From: Campylobacterales bacterium | GTDB taxonomy: Bacteria > Campylobacterota > Campylobacteria > Campylobacterales > QNZT01 | DNA length: 64,000 nucleotides | Direction: 5' to 3' | Assembly: GCA_024278835.1 (NCBI GenBank) | Contig: JAJRSK010000045.1 | Span: 3,444-67,443 of the forward strand | Part shown: in pieces, positions 20,009 to 30,844 of the stretch | Layout of the letters: the number at the start of each line of letters is the position of its first letter | How positions within the stretch are numbered: the first letter of the stretch is position 1 | Made by a program: the position numbers and the translations under genes | Notes under the pieces: generated by a model | Told to the model about the DNA's origin: nothing | Databases searched by the model: none | Seen by the model: only the letters and a program-made list of their open reading frames with translations

Positions 20009-20074
20009 TTTTCTTTAAAAGGAGCAGAGCCCCTCTTAAATTCATTGTACTAAAGCTCCGGCAGTCGCCGAGAA
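20009..20074 (-). repeat. Copy B of the conserved ~67-nt leader element (upstream of infA)
   Basis: See copy A. Its 3' hairpin GGGGC-TCT-GCTCC is followed by TTTT on the minus strand, so it is terminator- or attenuator-like. Confidence 0.75.
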
Positions 20075-20230
20075 GCTTCTTGATTTATTTATCTTCTGTA
20101 TAAGGAGAAAAACAAGCAAATATAATCACCCTTGGACGGTGTTTCCTTGAAAGTCCCTTTTACATTTATCACTACGACTAACGTCGAGAATTTATCATAT
20201 TATCTTTACAGTTATCACTATCATGATAGC

Positions 20231-20989
20231 TTAGACAAGTGACAGAATCTCTGCTTTATTATTTACAATCGCGACAGTATGCTCATAGTGACTACCTTTC
20301 AAACCATCTACCGAAGTCACTGACCACTTATCATCTAAAATCTTCGCTGTTGGAAGTTTTTGACAAATCATTGGTTCCAAACAAAATACCATACCATTTT
20401 TAATTTTTGGTCCTTGTTTAGGATTTGGTCCGTCTAGATAATTTGGTATTTCTGGTTCTTCATGCGGTTTACGACCGATACCATGCCCACAAAAACCGTG
20501 CAATGGTACATAACCACGCTCAGTAATAAACAGTTCAATCTCATAGCTCAGTTCTTTAAAACGCATACCAGTTTTGATGATGTCAATCGCATGATATAGT
20601 GTATCTTTTGCACAAGCGATCAGTGCTTCATCTTCTTGCGAAATCTTACCAATAGGCATCGTTACCGCAGCATCACCGTACCAACCATCTTTTTAAACAC
20701 CAATATCTAGACCAAGGATATCACCTTCTTTAACAATAGTTTCATCAGGTATACCATGGATAATGATTTCATTTACAGAAGTACAAACTCCTGCTGGAAA
20801 TCCATATAGACCTTTAAAAGCAGGCCTTGCATCCAAAGAAGCGATAAATTCTTCGCCCATTTGATTGATATGTGCTAATGTCATACCAGGTCGAACATAG
20901 GTTTCAAGATGATGGAGAGTTTTTGCTACATAAGAGTTAGAAACCCTCAACATTTCAATGTCAGAGGGCTTCTTAATAGAAATTCCCAT
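20231..20989 (-). pseudogene. map: Methionine aminopeptidase type I, interrupted by one in-frame TAA
   Basis: Track ORFs 20693-20989 and 20231-20659 are in the same frame (offset 462 nt). They are separated by TAA at 20693-20695 plus 11 sense codons, KDGWYGDAAVT, which belong to the conserved MetAP core. Confidence 0.85.
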
Positions 20990-20993
20990 AGAT

Positions 20994-22253
20994 TTATAAT
21001 CCTATGGAATTAAGTGTGTTATATTTATTCATATAAACTTGTGCTTCAATCTTTCTCATAGTGTCAAGAGCCACTTGTACAACAATTAGAACAGCAACAC
21101 CACCAAAATAAAATGGTACACCCATCGCTTTTATTAAAATAAAAGGCAATGTTGAGATAAGACCTAGATAAATAGCACCACCAAAAGTAAGGCGAGATGC
21201 TACTTCATTGATAAACGCAGCAGTACTTGCACCTGGTCTCACACCAGGGATAAAACCACCCTGTTTTTTCAAGTTTTCAGAGATGTCTTTAGCATTAAAT
21301 ACAATAGACGCATAAAAGAATGCAAAGAAAACAACACCTAAAAACATGAGTACATTAAAGAGATAACCACCCGGACTTAACGCATCAGAAATTGCTAAAA
21401 CAGTAGGATTTGTACTCCCCTGCAAGAGTGTTGCTGGCATCATCAAAATAGCAGAAGCAAAAATCGCTGGAATAACACCAGAAAGGTTCACTTTGATAGG
21501 AATATAATTCATTACTCTTTTATTTTGATTATCCATCATTGTTTTTCTTGAATACGATATAGGAACTCTTCTTTCCCCTAACTCTACATAGATAATCACA
21601 CCTATTGTTAATAAAACAACAGCGAACATACCTAAAACAGATAAGAAGTTTAAATCACCTGTATTTACAAGACTGATAGTTCCAGCGATTGCTTTAGGAA
21701 TACCTGAAACGATACCTGCAAAAATGATAAGGGAAATACCATTACCAATACCACGTTGTGTAATTTGTTCACCAATCCACATAAGTAACATCGTCCCCGT
21801 TAACATAGAAACAGCTGCAATCGGTATAAAAGTACCCATATCTATCATGATAGCACTTTGACCACCTGAGGACATATTTTGAAGTCCCATAGAGACACCA
21901 ACAGCCTGAACAAGCGTGATAACAACAGTAGCGTAACGAATGATTTGCATATATTTCACCATACCATCACGCTCTTTTTTCATTTGTGCGAGATTTGGGA
22001 AAGTAGCTGCGAGAAGTTCCATGATAATTGAAGCAGTGATATAAGGCATAATACCTAGTGAAATGATACTGAGTCTGGAAATAGCATTACCAGAAAACAT
22101 ATTAACCATACCCAATGCATTGTTAGAGTTTGAATCAAAAAAAGACTTAATAACCTCCACATTTACACCAGGAACTGGCACATAGGACAAAATCCTATAT
22201 GCGAACAAGAAACCAAGTGTTATCAGTATCTTGTTGGTTAAATCTTTACTCAT
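20994..22253 (-). CDS. secY: Preprotein translocase subunit SecY
   Basis: 419 aa, 10 TM helices, operon position between rplO and map. Confidence 0.97.
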   Translation of the reverse strand: MSKDLTNKILITLGFLFAYRILSYVPVPGVNVEVIKSFFDSNSNNALGMVNMFSGNAISRLSIISLGIMPYITASIIMELLAATFPNLAQMKKERDGMVKYMQIIRYATVVITLVQAVGVSMGLQNMSSGGQSAIMIDMGTFIPIAAVSMLTGTMLLMWIGEQITQRGIGNGISLIIFAGIVSGIPKAIAGTISLVNTGDLNFLSVLGMFAVVLLTIGVIIYVELGERRVPISYSRKTMMDNQNKRVMNYIPIKVNLSGVIPAIFASAILMMPATLLQGSTNPTVLAISDALSPGGYLFNVLMFLGVVFFAFFYASIVFNAKDISENLKKQGGFIPGVRPGASTAAFINEVASRLTFGGAIYLGLISTLPFILIKAMGVPFYFGGVAVLIVVQVALDTMRKIEAQVYMNKYNTLNSIGL

Positions 22254-22654
22254 TATTCCATACCAGAATAGGTAATGTTATCATCTTTGATTTTAGATGC
22301 TAAAGCTTTTGCTCCTGCACCAATCAATTTTATTTTTGTAACAGAACCTTGTACTTTATGTACTGTTTTGATAGATTCTATCGTAATCTCTGCTAAGTCA
22401 GCAACTTTCGTTATCTTATCAACATTGATTGAATAAGGTTTAATTACACGTGATGTAAATCCAACCTTAGGTAATCTTCTTTGAAGTGGTTGTTGACCAC
22501 CTTCAAATCCTCTTTTTTGGCTGTACCCTGATCTACTCTTTTGACCGTTGTTACCACGGCTGGCAGTTTTACCCATACCAGAACCCTGACCACGACCTTT
22601 TCTTTTTCTATTTTTACTAGAGTTATCAGCTGGTGTTAAATTATGTAATGCCAT
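22253..22654 (-). CDS. rplO: 50S ribosomal protein L15
   Basis: [16 protein letters not shown] and operon position. Confidence 0.95.
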   Translation of the reverse strand: MALHNLTPADNSSKNRKRKGRGQGSGMGKTASRGNNGQKSRSGYSQKRGFEGGQQPLQRRLPKVGFTSRVIKPYSINVDKITKVADLAEITIESIKTVHKVQGSVTKIKLIGAGAKALASKIKDDNITYSGME

Positions 22655-22664
22655 CTAATATCCT

Positions 22665-23114
22665 TTATGATTTTATCATAGTAAGTGCTTTTACAGTTGC
22701 TCTTACTACGTTTGCTGGATTGTTTGAACCAAGTGACTTAGTCAAAATATCTTGGATACCTGCAAGCTCAAGTACTGGTCTAGTTGCACCACCGGCAATC
22801 ACACCTGTACCTTCAGAAGCTGGTTTTAACAAGATACGACTTGCATTGAATTTCACTTCGATATCGTGTGCAATAGTTGAACCATGAAGATTTATTTGCA
22901 CCAAGTTTTTAAATGCATCATCAACTGCTTTTTTGATAGCATCAGGAACTTCTTTAGCCTTACCAGTACCATAACCGATAATACCTTCTTTGTTTCCTAC
23001 TACAATCAACGCAGTAAATCTAAATCTTCTACCACCTTTTACAACTTTTGTAACTCTTCCGATGTTAACAATAGCTTCTTCAAAGTCTTCTCTATTAATT
23101 TTATCCATGTTCAT
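22665..23114 (-). CDS. rpsE: 30S ribosomal protein S5
   Basis: [22 protein letters not shown]. Confidence 0.97.
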   Translation of the reverse strand: MNMDKINREDFEEAIVNIGRVTKVVKGGRRFRFTALIVVGNKEGIIGYGTGKAKEVPDAIKKAVDDAFKNLVQINLHGSTIAHDIEVKFNASRILLKPASEGTGVIAGGATRPVLELAGIQDILTKSLGSNNPANVVRATVKALTMIKS

Positions 23115-23117
23115 CAG

Positions 23118-23474
23118 TTACACCTCAATCCCGTTATTTCTTAAGCCGTCAGCAAATGCTGCAACTACACCATGATAATTGTTTGCACGTCTATCAAAAA
23201 CAATTTTTGTGATACCTGCTTTTTTAAGACTCTCTGCAAATGTTTTAGCTACAGTTTCAGCTGCTTCTTTACTTGCATTTTGTCCTAATTTTTTACCATC
23301 AACACTTGCCAATGTTACAGCATCTGTGTCATTGATAGCTTGTGCAGATATAAATCTATTTGATTTAAAAAGTGCTACTCTTGGTATCTCAGCTGTTCCG
23401 AAGATTTTAGCTCTAACTCTTCTAACTCTTCTTGCTTTTAAAGCATTTTTCTTTTTTAATAATTTTGTTCTCAT
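23118..23474 (-). CDS. rplR: 50S ribosomal protein L18
   Basis: RRVRAKIFGTAEIPRVALFKSNRFISAQ...YHGVVAAFADGLR. Confidence 0.97.
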   Translation of the reverse strand: MRTKLLKKKNALKARRVRRVRAKIFGTAEIPRVALFKSNRFISAQAINDTDAVTLASVDGKKLGQNASKEAAETVAKTFAESLKKAGITKIVFDRRANNYHGVVAAFADGLRNNGIEV

Positions 23475-23482
23475 GTCAGTCC

Positions 23483-24019
23483 CTATTTACCAGCTGTCTT
23501 ACCAGCTTTTCTGATGATATGCTCTTCAACATACTTAACACCCTTACCTTTATAAGGCTCTGGCGGTCTAAAGCTTCTAATCTCTGCTGCGATTTGTCCG
23601 ATAACTTGTTTGTCATCACCCGAGATAGTTACAATGTTTTTTTCAACTGCGATTTTCACATCTTTTGGAAATTCATAGTCAATTGGGTGTGAATGACCAA
23701 GGTTTAACACTAGTTTAGTTCCTTGTACAGCTGCTTTATAACCAACACCATTGATTTCAAGTTGTTTAGTATATCCATCAGTAAGACCAACGATAATATT
23801 TTGTGCTAATGCTCTAAACGTTCCCCAAAAAGCACGATCAGCTCTATCATCACCTTTTGGTGTGAAAACGATTGAATCGTTTTCAACACTTACATTTACA
23901 AAGTTTTTTGTATTTAGTTCTTTTGTTACATTACCTTTTTTGAAAGTAATGATAGAACCGTTAACATTTACTTCAATTCCTGATGGAATTGAAACAGGTT
24001 GTTTACCTATTCTTGACAT
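23483..24019 (-). CDS. rplF: 50S ribosomal protein L6
   Basis: [17 protein letters not shown]...[11 protein letters not shown]. Confidence 0.97.
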   Translation of the reverse strand: MSRIGKQPVSIPSGIEVNVNGSIITFKKGNVTKELNTKNFVNVSVENDSIVFTPKGDDRADRAFWGTFRALAQNIIVGLTDGYTKQLEINGVGYKAAVQGTKLVLNLGHSHPIDYEFPKDVKIAVEKNIVTISGDDKQVIGQIAAEIRSFRPPEPYKGKGVKYVEEHIIRKAGKTAGK

Positions 24020-24072
24020 TTTTTTCCTTTTTTACTTGTCTACGAGTTACTCGAATGCCGTAAAAATATCTG

Positions 24073-24471
24073 CTACCAAATGCTACAGATTATTTCGCCG
24101 CCAACGCCATCTTTGTAAGCAATTTCATTACTCACGACGCCTTTTGAAGTACTAACAATGATAGTACCATAGCCATTTTTAAACTTTTTAATTTCGCTGT
24201 TAGGCTTATATACACGACGACCTGGTTTAGAAATCTTTTTAATCTCATTGATTACTTGATTACCTGCATCATCATATTTTAAAACCACTTTGATAAACTT
24301 CTTGTTTCCCTCTTCTTCGACTACATTAAAGCTATCAATATATCCTTTTTCTTGGATAATCTTAACAACTGATTCAACTAGTTTAGAGTGAAGCAATGTC
24401 GTTACTTCTAGTTTTCTCATAGAAGCATTTCTTATTCTTGTTAGCGCATCCGCTACTAAATCATTAACCAT
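24073..24471 (-). CDS. rpsH: 30S ribosomal protein S8
   Basis: [13 protein letters not shown]...GGEIICSIW. Confidence 0.97.
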   Translation of the reverse strand: MVNDLVADALTRIRNASMRKLEVTTLLHSKLVESVVKIIQEKGYIDSFNVVEEEGNKKFIKVVLKYDDAGNQVINEIKKISKPGRRVYKPNSEIKKFKNGYGTIIVSTSKGVVSNEIAYKDGVGGEIICSIW

Positions 24472-24480
24472 GTTTTTCCC

Positions 24481-24666
24481 TTACCAGCTTGATTTCTTGA
24501 TTCCAGGTAATTTACCTTCGTTTGCCATTTTTCTAAAGCAAATTCTACAAATACCAAAATCTCTATATACTGAATGAGGTCTACCACAGATTTGACATCT
24601 TGTGTAGCCTCTCACTTTAAACTTAGGAGTTCTTGCCGCTTTCGCGATCATTGATTTCTTTGCCAT
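24481..24666 (-). CDS. rpsN: 30S ribosomal protein S14, type Z (zinc-binding)
   Basis: 61 aa with [22 protein letters not shown] (CxxC...CxxC). Confidence 0.97.
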   Translation of the reverse strand: MAKKSMIAKAARTPKFKVRGYTRCQICGRPHSVYRDFGICRICFRKMANEGKLPGIKKSSW

Positions 24667-25214
24667 TATTCACGTCCCTTTGCAAAAGGCATACCAAACA
24701 ATTCTAACAATTTAAAAGCTTCTTTATCATCTTCTGTTGTTGTTACAAATGTAAGATTCATACCATGTATTTTAATAATATCATCAAACTGTACTTCAGG
24801 GAAAACCAATTGCTCGTCTAATCCAAAGTTATAGTTTCCTCTACCATCAAATCCATTTCTTGATACACCTCTAAAATCTTTTACTCTTGGAAGCGTAACA
24901 GAAACAAGTTTATCTAAAAATGTGTACATATTTTCACCACGAAGTGTCACCATAACACCTACTGGAAAATCTTCTCTCAGCTTAAAACCAGCGATAGATT
25001 TTTTTGCTTTAGTCACAACTGCTTTTTGACCTGCAATTAATGAGATAGTGTCTACAACATTTTGTAGTACTTTTGTATCTTTAGCTTCTTCACTAGCTCC
25101 AACAGATATAGAGATTTTCTCTAACGCTGGGATTTGCATAGGATTTTTGATACCAAACTCATCTGTCAATGCTGCTTTAATAGTAGCATCATATTTTTCT
25201 TTTAATCTTGCCAT
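24666..25214 (-). CDS. rplE: 50S ribosomal protein L5
   Basis: MARLKEKYD...[17 protein letters not shown]. Confidence 0.97.
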   Translation of the reverse strand: MARLKEKYDATIKAALTDEFGIKNPMQIPALEKISISVGASEEAKDTKVLQNVVDTISLIAGQKAVVTKAKKSIAGFKLREDFPVGVMVTLRGENMYTFLDKLVSVTLPRVKDFRGVSRNGFDGRGNYNFGLDEQLVFPEVQFDDIIKIHGMNLTFVTTTEDDKEAFKLLELFGMPFAKGRE

Positions 25215-25219
25215 CTCTA

Positions 25220-25453
25220 CTACCCTTCTACTTTTGCAACATTTGAGATATTTATAGGCATCTCTTTGTTCTCAAAACCACCTTGAGGGTTTTGCTCAGT
25301 TGGCTTGATAGCTTTTTTAACTGTTTTACAACCAGATACGATAACTTGAGACGTTTTAGGAAGTACTTGTAATACTTCTGCCTCTTTCCCTTTATCATCA
25401 CCAGCAATAATTTTTACAGTATCACCCTTTTTGATATTCAATTTAACTGCCAT
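25220..25453 (-). CDS. rplX: 50S ribosomal protein L24
   Basis: [24 protein letters not shown] motif. Confidence 0.95.
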   Translation of the reverse strand: MAVKLNIKKGDTVKIIAGDDKGKEAEVLQVLPKTSQVIVSGCKTVKKAIKPTEQNPQGGFENKEMPINISNVAKVEG

Positions 25454-25821
25454 TATAAAACCTCCGGTGCAAGTGAAACAATTTTCATAAAACCAGAATA
25501 TCTAACTTCACGACCTATCGGGCCAAAGATTCTTGTTCCAATTGGCTCTAATTTTGCATCAAGAATGACCGCTGCATTTTCATCAAAACGAATTAAAGAA
25601 CCATTTTCTCTTTGGATCTCTTTTCTCGTTCTAACAACAACCGCTTTAATCACTTGACCTTTTTTAACTTTTCCGTTTGGAATCGCTTTCTTAACAGATG
25701 CTACGATAACATCACCAACACTTGCATATCTTCTCTTAGAACCACCAAGAACTTTGATACACATGATTTCCTTCGCTCCACTATTGTCAGCTACAGCAAG
25801 TCTTGTAAAACCTTGAATCAT
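25453..25821 (-). CDS. rplN: 50S ribosomal protein L14
   Basis: [28 protein letters not shown]. Confidence 0.97.
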   Translation of the reverse strand: MIQGFTRLAVADNSGAKEIMCIKVLGGSKRRYASVGDVIVASVKKAIPNGKVKKGQVIKAVVVRTRKEIQRENGSLIRFDENAAVILDAKLEPIGTRIFGPIGREVRYSGFMKIVSLAPEVL

Positions 25822-26075
25822 GCTCCAACTCCTCTAGCAGTAATCTCTTTCAATCTAAATGTTTTTGTTTTTGACATAGGTCTACACTCAATCGCGATAA
25901 CTGTATCTCCAACATTCACATCATTCGACTCATCATGTACTAAATATTTTTTAAATCTTTTTACAATTTTGTGGTATCTAGGATGTATTACTTTTCTCTC
26001 AACTAAAACTGTAATAGTTTTCTCGCCAGCTCTTTTAACAACTGTACCTTTGATTTCTCTTTTTAAAGCCATCAT
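25818..26075 (-). CDS. rpsQ: 30S ribosomal protein S17
   Basis: [40 protein letters not shown]. Confidence 0.97.
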   Translation of the reverse strand: MMALKREIKGTVVKRAGEKTITVLVERKVIHPRYHKIVKRFKKYLVHDESNDVNVGDTVIAIECRPMSKTKTFRLKEITARGVGA

Positions 26076-26275
26076 TACGCCTTATTGTTAGCTGTAGTCA
26101 ATGCTGTTTGAATTCTAGCAATGTCTTTTCTAACTTCTTTAATTTCATTTGGGTTGCTTAATTGCATTGTTCTAAGCTTAGCTCTAAGCTTGAAAAGCAA
26201 TAACTTCTTCTCTTTTAACAACTCGTTTAACGCTTTTGCGTCTTTGTCTTGTATATCAATAAATTTCATTTTCAT
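26075..26275 (-). CDS. rpmC: 50S ribosomal protein L29
   Basis: Helical 66-aa protein ([18 protein letters not shown]) in the conserved slot. The start overlaps the rplP 3' end, so the exact start is uncertain. Confidence 0.9.
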   Translation of the reverse strand: MKMKFIDIQDKDAKALNELLKEKKLLLFKLRAKLRTMQLSNPNEIKEVRKDIARIQTALTTANNKA

Positions 26276-26681
26276 TCTCTCGAGTTATGATTTTTGTTTT
26301 AAATGGCAATTTATGCTTAGCTAAAGTTAACGCTTCTCTTGCTAACTCATCACTTACACCAGCCATTTCAAATATTATTCTTCCTGGTTTGATATTCATG
26401 ACCCATCTATCAACTGCACCTTTACCTTTACCCATTCTGGTTTCGAGGGGTTTAGCTGTTAAAGGTTTATCAGGGAATACACGAATCCAAGATTTTGCTT
26501 GTCTTTTTACATGTCTGGTCATCGCGATACGTGCCGCTTCGATTTGACGTGAATCAATTCTTCCAGCTTCAGTTGCTTTAAGTGCGATTTCACCAAAGGC
26601 GATAGAGTTACCTCTATAAGATTTACCTCTATTTCTACCCTTCATCATCTTTCTAAATTTTGTTCTTTTTGGCATCAACAT
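26256..26681 (-). CDS. rplP: 50S ribosomal protein L16
   Basis: [19 protein letters not shown]. Confidence 0.97.
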   Translation of the reverse strand: MLMPKRTKFRKMMKGRNRGKSYRGNSIAFGEIALKATEAGRIDSRQIEAARIAMTRHVKRQAKSWIRVFPDKPLTAKPLETRMGKGKGAVDRWVMNIKPGRIIFEMAGVSDELAREALTLAKHKLPFKTKIITRENENEIY

Positions 26682-26683
26682 GA

Positions 26684-27373
26684 TTATTCACCTCTTCTAT
26701 TATTTCTAGGTTTTTTATCATCTCTTTTATCAGCTGGAATACCTTTAGCAAGTACCTCACCTTTAAAGATCCATACTTTGATACCTATGATTCCATAAGT
26801 AGTATGTGCTTCTGCAAAACCGTAGTCAATTCTAGCTCTAAGTGTATGTAAAGGCACACGTCCTTCAAGATACCACTCAGTTCTAGCCATTTCTGCACCA
26901 CCAAGACGACCTGCAACAGAAACTTTAATTCCTTTTGCACCACTCTTCATTGCACCTTGAATAACTTTTTTCATAGCACGTCTGAAAGCAACCCTTCTCT
27001 CTAACTGCGTAGCTACATTTTCCGCAGCTAGTTGAGCAGAAGTTTGAGGTTTTCTCTCTTCTTGAATGTTTACATTTACTTCTTTACCAACAAGTTTGAA
27101 AAGCTTTTTTCTCAGTTTTTCAATGTCAGCACCTTTTTTACCGATGATAATTCCAGGTCTTGCTGAAACGATAGTGACACGAAGCTTCTTAGCAGTTCTC
27201 TCAATGATTATTTGAGCGACACCTGCATAATAAAGTTCTTTTTTAACAAAAGTTCTGATTTTGTGATCTTCACCAATGTTTTGTACTGTATTTTCAGAAG
27301 ATGGATACCATCTAGAATCCCAGTTTCTATTGAGCCCTAATCTTAGCCCTATAGGATTTACTTTTTGACCCAT
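26684..27373 (-). CDS. rpsC: 30S ribosomal protein S3
   Basis: [23 protein letters not shown]. Confidence 0.97.
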   Translation of the reverse strand: MGQKVNPIGLRLGLNRNWDSRWYPSSENTVQNIGEDHKIRTFVKKELYYAGVAQIIIERTAKKLRVTIVSARPGIIIGKKGADIEKLRKKLFKLVGKEVNVNIQEERKPQTSAQLAAENVATQLERRVAFRRAMKKVIQGAMKSGAKGIKVSVAGRLGGAEMARTEWYLEGRVPLHTLRARIDYGFAEAHTTYGIIGIKVWIFKGEVLAKGIPADKRDDKKPRNNRRGE

Positions 27374-27375
27374 GG

Positions 27376-27738
27376 TTATGCATCCTTCTTAGTAGTTTTT
27401 TTTGTTGCTTTTTCATCTTTAACTGCTGGTCCAACTTCTACCATAATGTGTGATGTTGGCTTTAAAATTCTAGATGCACTACCTCTAGCTCTAGGTCTAA
27501 ATCTCTTAAGAACTGGACCCTTATCTACTCTACAAGAAAGTATTTCAACTTCTTCTGGCTCAAAATCACCATTTGCTACCGCAGATGCAATAACTTTTGA
27601 GATGATACCAGCTGCTTTATTTGGAGCAAACTCCAATGAAGCAAGTGCGTACTCAGCATTCATACCTTGTACTTCTCTAGCAATCAATCTAGCTTTGTTC
27701 GGTGAAAGTCTGATAAATTTTAGTGTTGCTTTACTCAT
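27376..27738 (-). CDS. rplV: 50S ribosomal protein L22
   Basis: [18 protein letters not shown]...[18 protein letters not shown]. Confidence 0.97.
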   Translation of the reverse strand: MSKATLKFIRLSPNKARLIAREVQGMNAEYALASLEFAPNKAAGIISKVIASAVANGDFEPEEVEILSCRVDKGPVLKRFRPRARGSASRILKPTSHIMVEVGPAVKDEKATKKTTKKDA

Positions 27739-27739
27739 C

Positions 27740-28018
27740 TTAACCTACCTTCTTTTGAACAGAGCCCTTATGACCCTTAAAGGTTCTTGTTGGTGCAAAT
27801 TCACCAAACTTATAACCAACATGATTTTCTGTTACATACACAGGGATAAAGTTTCTACCATTATGTACGTTAAAAGTCAATCCTATCATATCAGGAAGAA
27901 TCATGCTTCTTCTTGACCATGTTTTGATTGGCTTCTTATCTCCACTCTCTTTTGCTTTTAACACTTTTTTAATTAAGTGATCATCAACAAATGGACCTTT
28001 TTTTAGACTTCTAGCCAT
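27740..28018 (-). CDS. rpsS: 30S ribosomal protein S19
   Basis: [15 protein letters not shown]...[16 protein letters not shown]. Confidence 0.97.
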   Translation of the reverse strand: MARSLKKGPFVDDHLIKKVLKAKESGDKKPIKTWSRRSMILPDMIGLTFNVHNGRNFIPVYVTENHVGYKFGEFAPTRTFKGHKGSVQKKVG

Positions 28019-28852
28019 CTATCTTCTCCCTTTTTTTCTTGAGATTATAAGTTTATCACTAGCTTTTTTCTTTCTAGTTTTATAACCTTTAGTAGGCATA
28101 CCCCATGGACTGACTGGATGTCTAGAACCATTTGTTTTACCTTCACCACCACCATGTGGGTGATCGATTGGGTTCATCGCAGAACCACGTGTTTGAGGAC
28201 GTTTACCCATATGTCTCATACGACCTGCTTTACCAAGTACAATATTTGCCCAATCTTCTGAACCAACAGTTCCGATTGTTGCCATACACTCAGAAAGTAC
28301 TTGTCTCATCTCACCTGATGGTAATCTAAGTACTACATATCTCTCTGCTTTACCCATAAGTTGTGCATAACCACCAGCTGAACGTGCGATTTGAGCACCT
28401 TTACCTGGTTTCATCTCAACATTGTGGATGATAGTACCAACAGGGATATTTTTCATACGCATTGCATTACCAGGCTTGATATCAAGACCAGACTCAGCTG
28501 CCATGATTTTATCACCTACTTTGATACCTGAAGGTTGAATAATATATCTCTTTTCACCATCTATATAAGTAACAAGCGCAATTCTACAGTTTCTATACGG
28601 ATCGTACTCGATAGCTGATACTGTTGCTTCGATGTTAAACTTGTTTCTTTTAAAATCAATAATTCTATATGTTTTCTTTGCACCTGCTTGTCTGTGACGA
28701 GAAGTGATTCTACCGTGATGATTTCTACCCGCACTTCTTGGAAGTTTTTTAAGTAGACTAGGAACGCTTGCTTTAGCAGTGATATCGCTAGAGTCAAGAC
28801 CTGTCATATATCTTCGTGAAGGCGTGTAAGGTTTGTATGATTTAATTGCCAT
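28019..28852 (-). CDS. rplB: 50S ribosomal protein L2
   Basis: [14 protein letters not shown]...[14 protein letters not shown]. Confidence 0.97.
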   Translation of the reverse strand: MAIKSYKPYTPSRRYMTGLDSSDITAKASVPSLLKKLPRSAGRNHHGRITSRHRQAGAKKTYRIIDFKRNKFNIEATVSAIEYDPYRNCRIALVTYIDGEKRYIIQPSGIKVGDKIMAAESGLDIKPGNAMRMKNIPVGTIIHNVEMKPGKGAQIARSAGGYAQLMGKAERYVVLRLPSGEMRQVLSECMATIGTVGSEDWANIVLGKAGRMRHMGKRPQTRGSAMNPIDHPHGGGEGKTNGSRHPVSPWGMPTKGYKTRKKKASDKLIISRKKGRR

Positions 28853-28853
28853 G

Positions 28854-29135
28854 TTATACCTCTAAACTTTCTATATTTGCACCTTCAGGAAGTGTGACAT
28901 AAAACTTTTTATAGCTGTCTCTTTTTCCCTTGATACCTTTAAAACTTTTAGCTTTTCCTTCTTGTCTTAAAGAGTTCACTTTAAGTGGAATAAAACCAAA
29001 ATACTCTCTTAACACTTCTTTAAGACCATTTTTTGTCATTCTGTTACTTGTTTGAATCACAACAACACCGTCTTCTTGAAGACCTAAACTCTTCTCAGTA
29101 TAAAGAATCGCTTTAATATCTGTAATATCTGCCAT
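28854..29135 (-). CDS. rplW: 50S ribosomal protein L23
   Basis: 93 aa in the conserved slot between rplD and rplB. Confidence 0.93.
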   Translation of the reverse strand: MADITDIKAILYTEKSLGLQEDGVVVIQTSNRMTKNGLKEVLREYFGFIPLKVNSLRQEGKAKSFKGIKGKRDSYKKFYVTLPEGANIESLEV

Positions 29136-29136
29136 C

Positions 29137-29751
29137 TTAGTCCTCTTTTGTTAGTGCTTCAAAAACACTTTTTTCTATCACAATAGCATCAAATGCTGCT
29201 GCTGTATAACCGTTTAATTCATTTGACTCAATCAAATAACTATTTGATACATTTCTAAAAGCATAAAATGTTTTTTCGTCAACCAATTCTTTAACTACCA
29301 ATGCATCTCTAGCATCTATATTGTTCACATATGCTGCAGCATCTTTTGTCTTACCAGACTCAATAGCAACAGAATCAACTACAAATAACTTACCATTATC
29401 TGCTTTTTCTTGAATAGCAAATTGTAAAGCTAATTTCTTTTGCTTTTTATTTACTTTTTGATTATAGTTTCTATTTGCTTTTGGACCATGTGCAACTCCA
29501 CCACCAACCCATAATGGACTTCTGATAGAACCAGCACGTGCACGACCGCCACCTTTTTGAGCAAATGGTTTTTTACCACCACCACGAACATCAGATCTAG
29601 TCTTTGTATGTGCTGTATTTGCTCTTAAAGCTGCTTGATAGGACTTTACATACAAGTATAAGTTATGAGAATCAATCTCACTATAACTTTCTGGTAATGC
29701 AATTTCACCGTTAGCTTTTAATTTATCATCTAATACAATTGCTTTACTCAT
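29137..29751 (-). CDS. rplD: 50S ribosomal protein L4
   Basis: [35 protein letters not shown]. Confidence 0.97.
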   Translation of the reverse strand: MSKAIVLDDKLKANGEIALPESYSEIDSHNLYLYVKSYQAALRANTAHTKTRSDVRGGGKKPFAQKGGGRARAGSIRSPLWVGGGVAHGPKANRNYNQKVNKKQKKLALQFAIQEKADNGKLFVVDSVAIESGKTKDAAAYVNNIDARDALVVKELVDEKTFYAFRNVSNSYLIESNELNGYTAAAFDAIVIEKSVFEALTKED

Positions 29752-30326
29752 TTTACAATCCTTATCGTTCCATATGCACCGTTTGCACCAGCAACGCCAC
29801 CCTTAAGTGCGATAATACCAGTTTCTGCGTCATAGGATACAATTTCATTTTTAGCTGTTTTTTGATCAACACCATAGTGACCTGGCATTTTCTTACCACG
29901 TTGAACACGACCTGGCCATTCAGCATTACCAATAGAACCTACACGTCTGTGAAATCTAGAACCGTGTGCTCCTGGACCACCGTGGAAGTTATGTCTTTTC
30001 ATAACACCAGCAAAACCACGACCTTTAGAAATAAAAGTTGTTTTTACAATAGTTGCATCTGATAAAGGAGCAGTGTCTAAATCACCAGCTTCTGCATTTG
30101 CAACATCTAATGTCATAAATTTGTTAAATTCAGGTGTTAAGTTATACTTTTTTTGTTGTCCAACAATCGCTTGATTCGTTTTCTTACCTTTTGGGTAAGC
30201 AACGATAGCTCTTTTGTTTTCATCAACTTCACAAACTTTAGCTTCAATAACTCTTACAAGTGTTACTGCTACTGCAGGAACTGTAATCGTTCTTGTCATT
30301 CCAATTTTTTCTACAATATATTCCAT
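29748..30326 (-). CDS. rplC: 50S ribosomal protein L3
   Basis: Starts at [13 protein letters not shown]. The 13 N-terminal residues in the track ORF would overlap rpsJ and are rejected. Confidence 0.95.
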   Translation of the reverse strand: MEYIVEKIGMTRTITVPAVAVTLVRVIEAKVCEVDENKRAIVAYPKGKKTNQAIVGQQKKYNLTPEFNKFMTLDVANAEAGDLDTAPLSDATIVKTTFISKGRGFAGVMKRHNFHGGPGAHGSRFHRRVGSIGNAEWPGRVQRGKKMPGHYGVDQKTAKNEIVSYDAETGIIALKGGVAGANGAYGTIRIVK

Positions 30327-30336
30327 CATAAACTCC

Positions 30337-30648
30337 CTATTTACCCATCGCTCTAACTTCAACATTTACTTCTGGAGCAAGGTCAAGTTTCATTAATGAA
30401 TCAACAGTGTCAGTTGTCGCTGAAACGATGTCGATTAAACGACCATGCATTCTCATCTCGAACTGTTCACGAGCATCTTTATTAACGTGCGGTGATTTTA
30501 GTACAGTATATTTTTTGATTTTTGTAGGCATTGGGATTGGCCCTCTAATCTCAGCTCCTGTTCGTTTAACTGCATCAACGATAGCAGCAACAGAACGGTC
30601 TAAAACCCTGTGATCATAAGCTTTGAGCTTAAGTCTAATTTTTTCCAT
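30337..30648 (-). CDS. rpsJ: 30S ribosomal protein S10
   Basis: [19 protein letters not shown]...[12 protein letters not shown]. Confidence 0.97.
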   Translation of the reverse strand: MEKIRLKLKAYDHRVLDRSVAAIVDAVKRTGAEIRGPIPMPTKIKKYTVLKSPHVNKDAREQFEMRMHGRLIDIVSATTDTVDSLMKLDLAPEVNVEVRAMGK

Positions 30649-30700
30649 TTTTTTCCTTAAAAGAACTCGTCAGACGAACTGACAAAAAATTTGAACGCTA

Positions 30701-30729
30701 AATATACAAAAAAATGAAGTTAAAGTCAA
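30701..30729 (-). promoter_or_regulatory. Sigma-70-type promoter of the S10 operon
   Basis: Minus strand reads TTGACT (30724-30729), a 17-nt spacer and TATATT (30701-30706), about 50 nt upstream of the rpsJ ATG. A GTCAG-N5-CTGAC hairpin lies in the leader. Confidence 0.55.
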
Positions 30730-30761
30730 GAGTTTTAGGGGTTTTAGGGGAAAATAATCTT

Positions 30762-30792
30762 TTATTTGTTCCTTTTAATAAGGAACAAATAA
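30762..30792 (-). terminator. Hairpin terminator downstream of the pssA-like gene
   Basis: Perfect 13-bp stem TTATTTGTTCCTT/AAGGAACAAATAA with a 5-nt loop and A/T-rich flanks. Confidence 0.5.
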
Positions 30793-30844
30793 AAACTAAA
30801 AGTGAATATATTGAAATATTCTAAATACTTAATTTTATAAATGA

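Noticed and set aside
22633-30613. Many plus-strand ORFs of 60-180 aa in the track lie opposite the ribosomal protein genes, for example 23751-24155, 25612-26091 and 27365-27916. Similar ones lie opposite other genes, such as 38281-38859, 42919-43641 and 10890-11303.
   Set aside because: They lie entirely antisense to strongly supported conserved genes, have low-complexity S/L/F-rich translations and lack SD sequences. They are typical shadow ORFs of AT-rich DNA.
30735-30752. Tandem TTTTAGGGG TTTTAGGGG (telomere-like) just upstream of the S10 promoter -35 box.
   Set aside because: There are only two units. It is most simply part of an A/T-phased UP-like region or chance, and there is no evidence of a repeat array.
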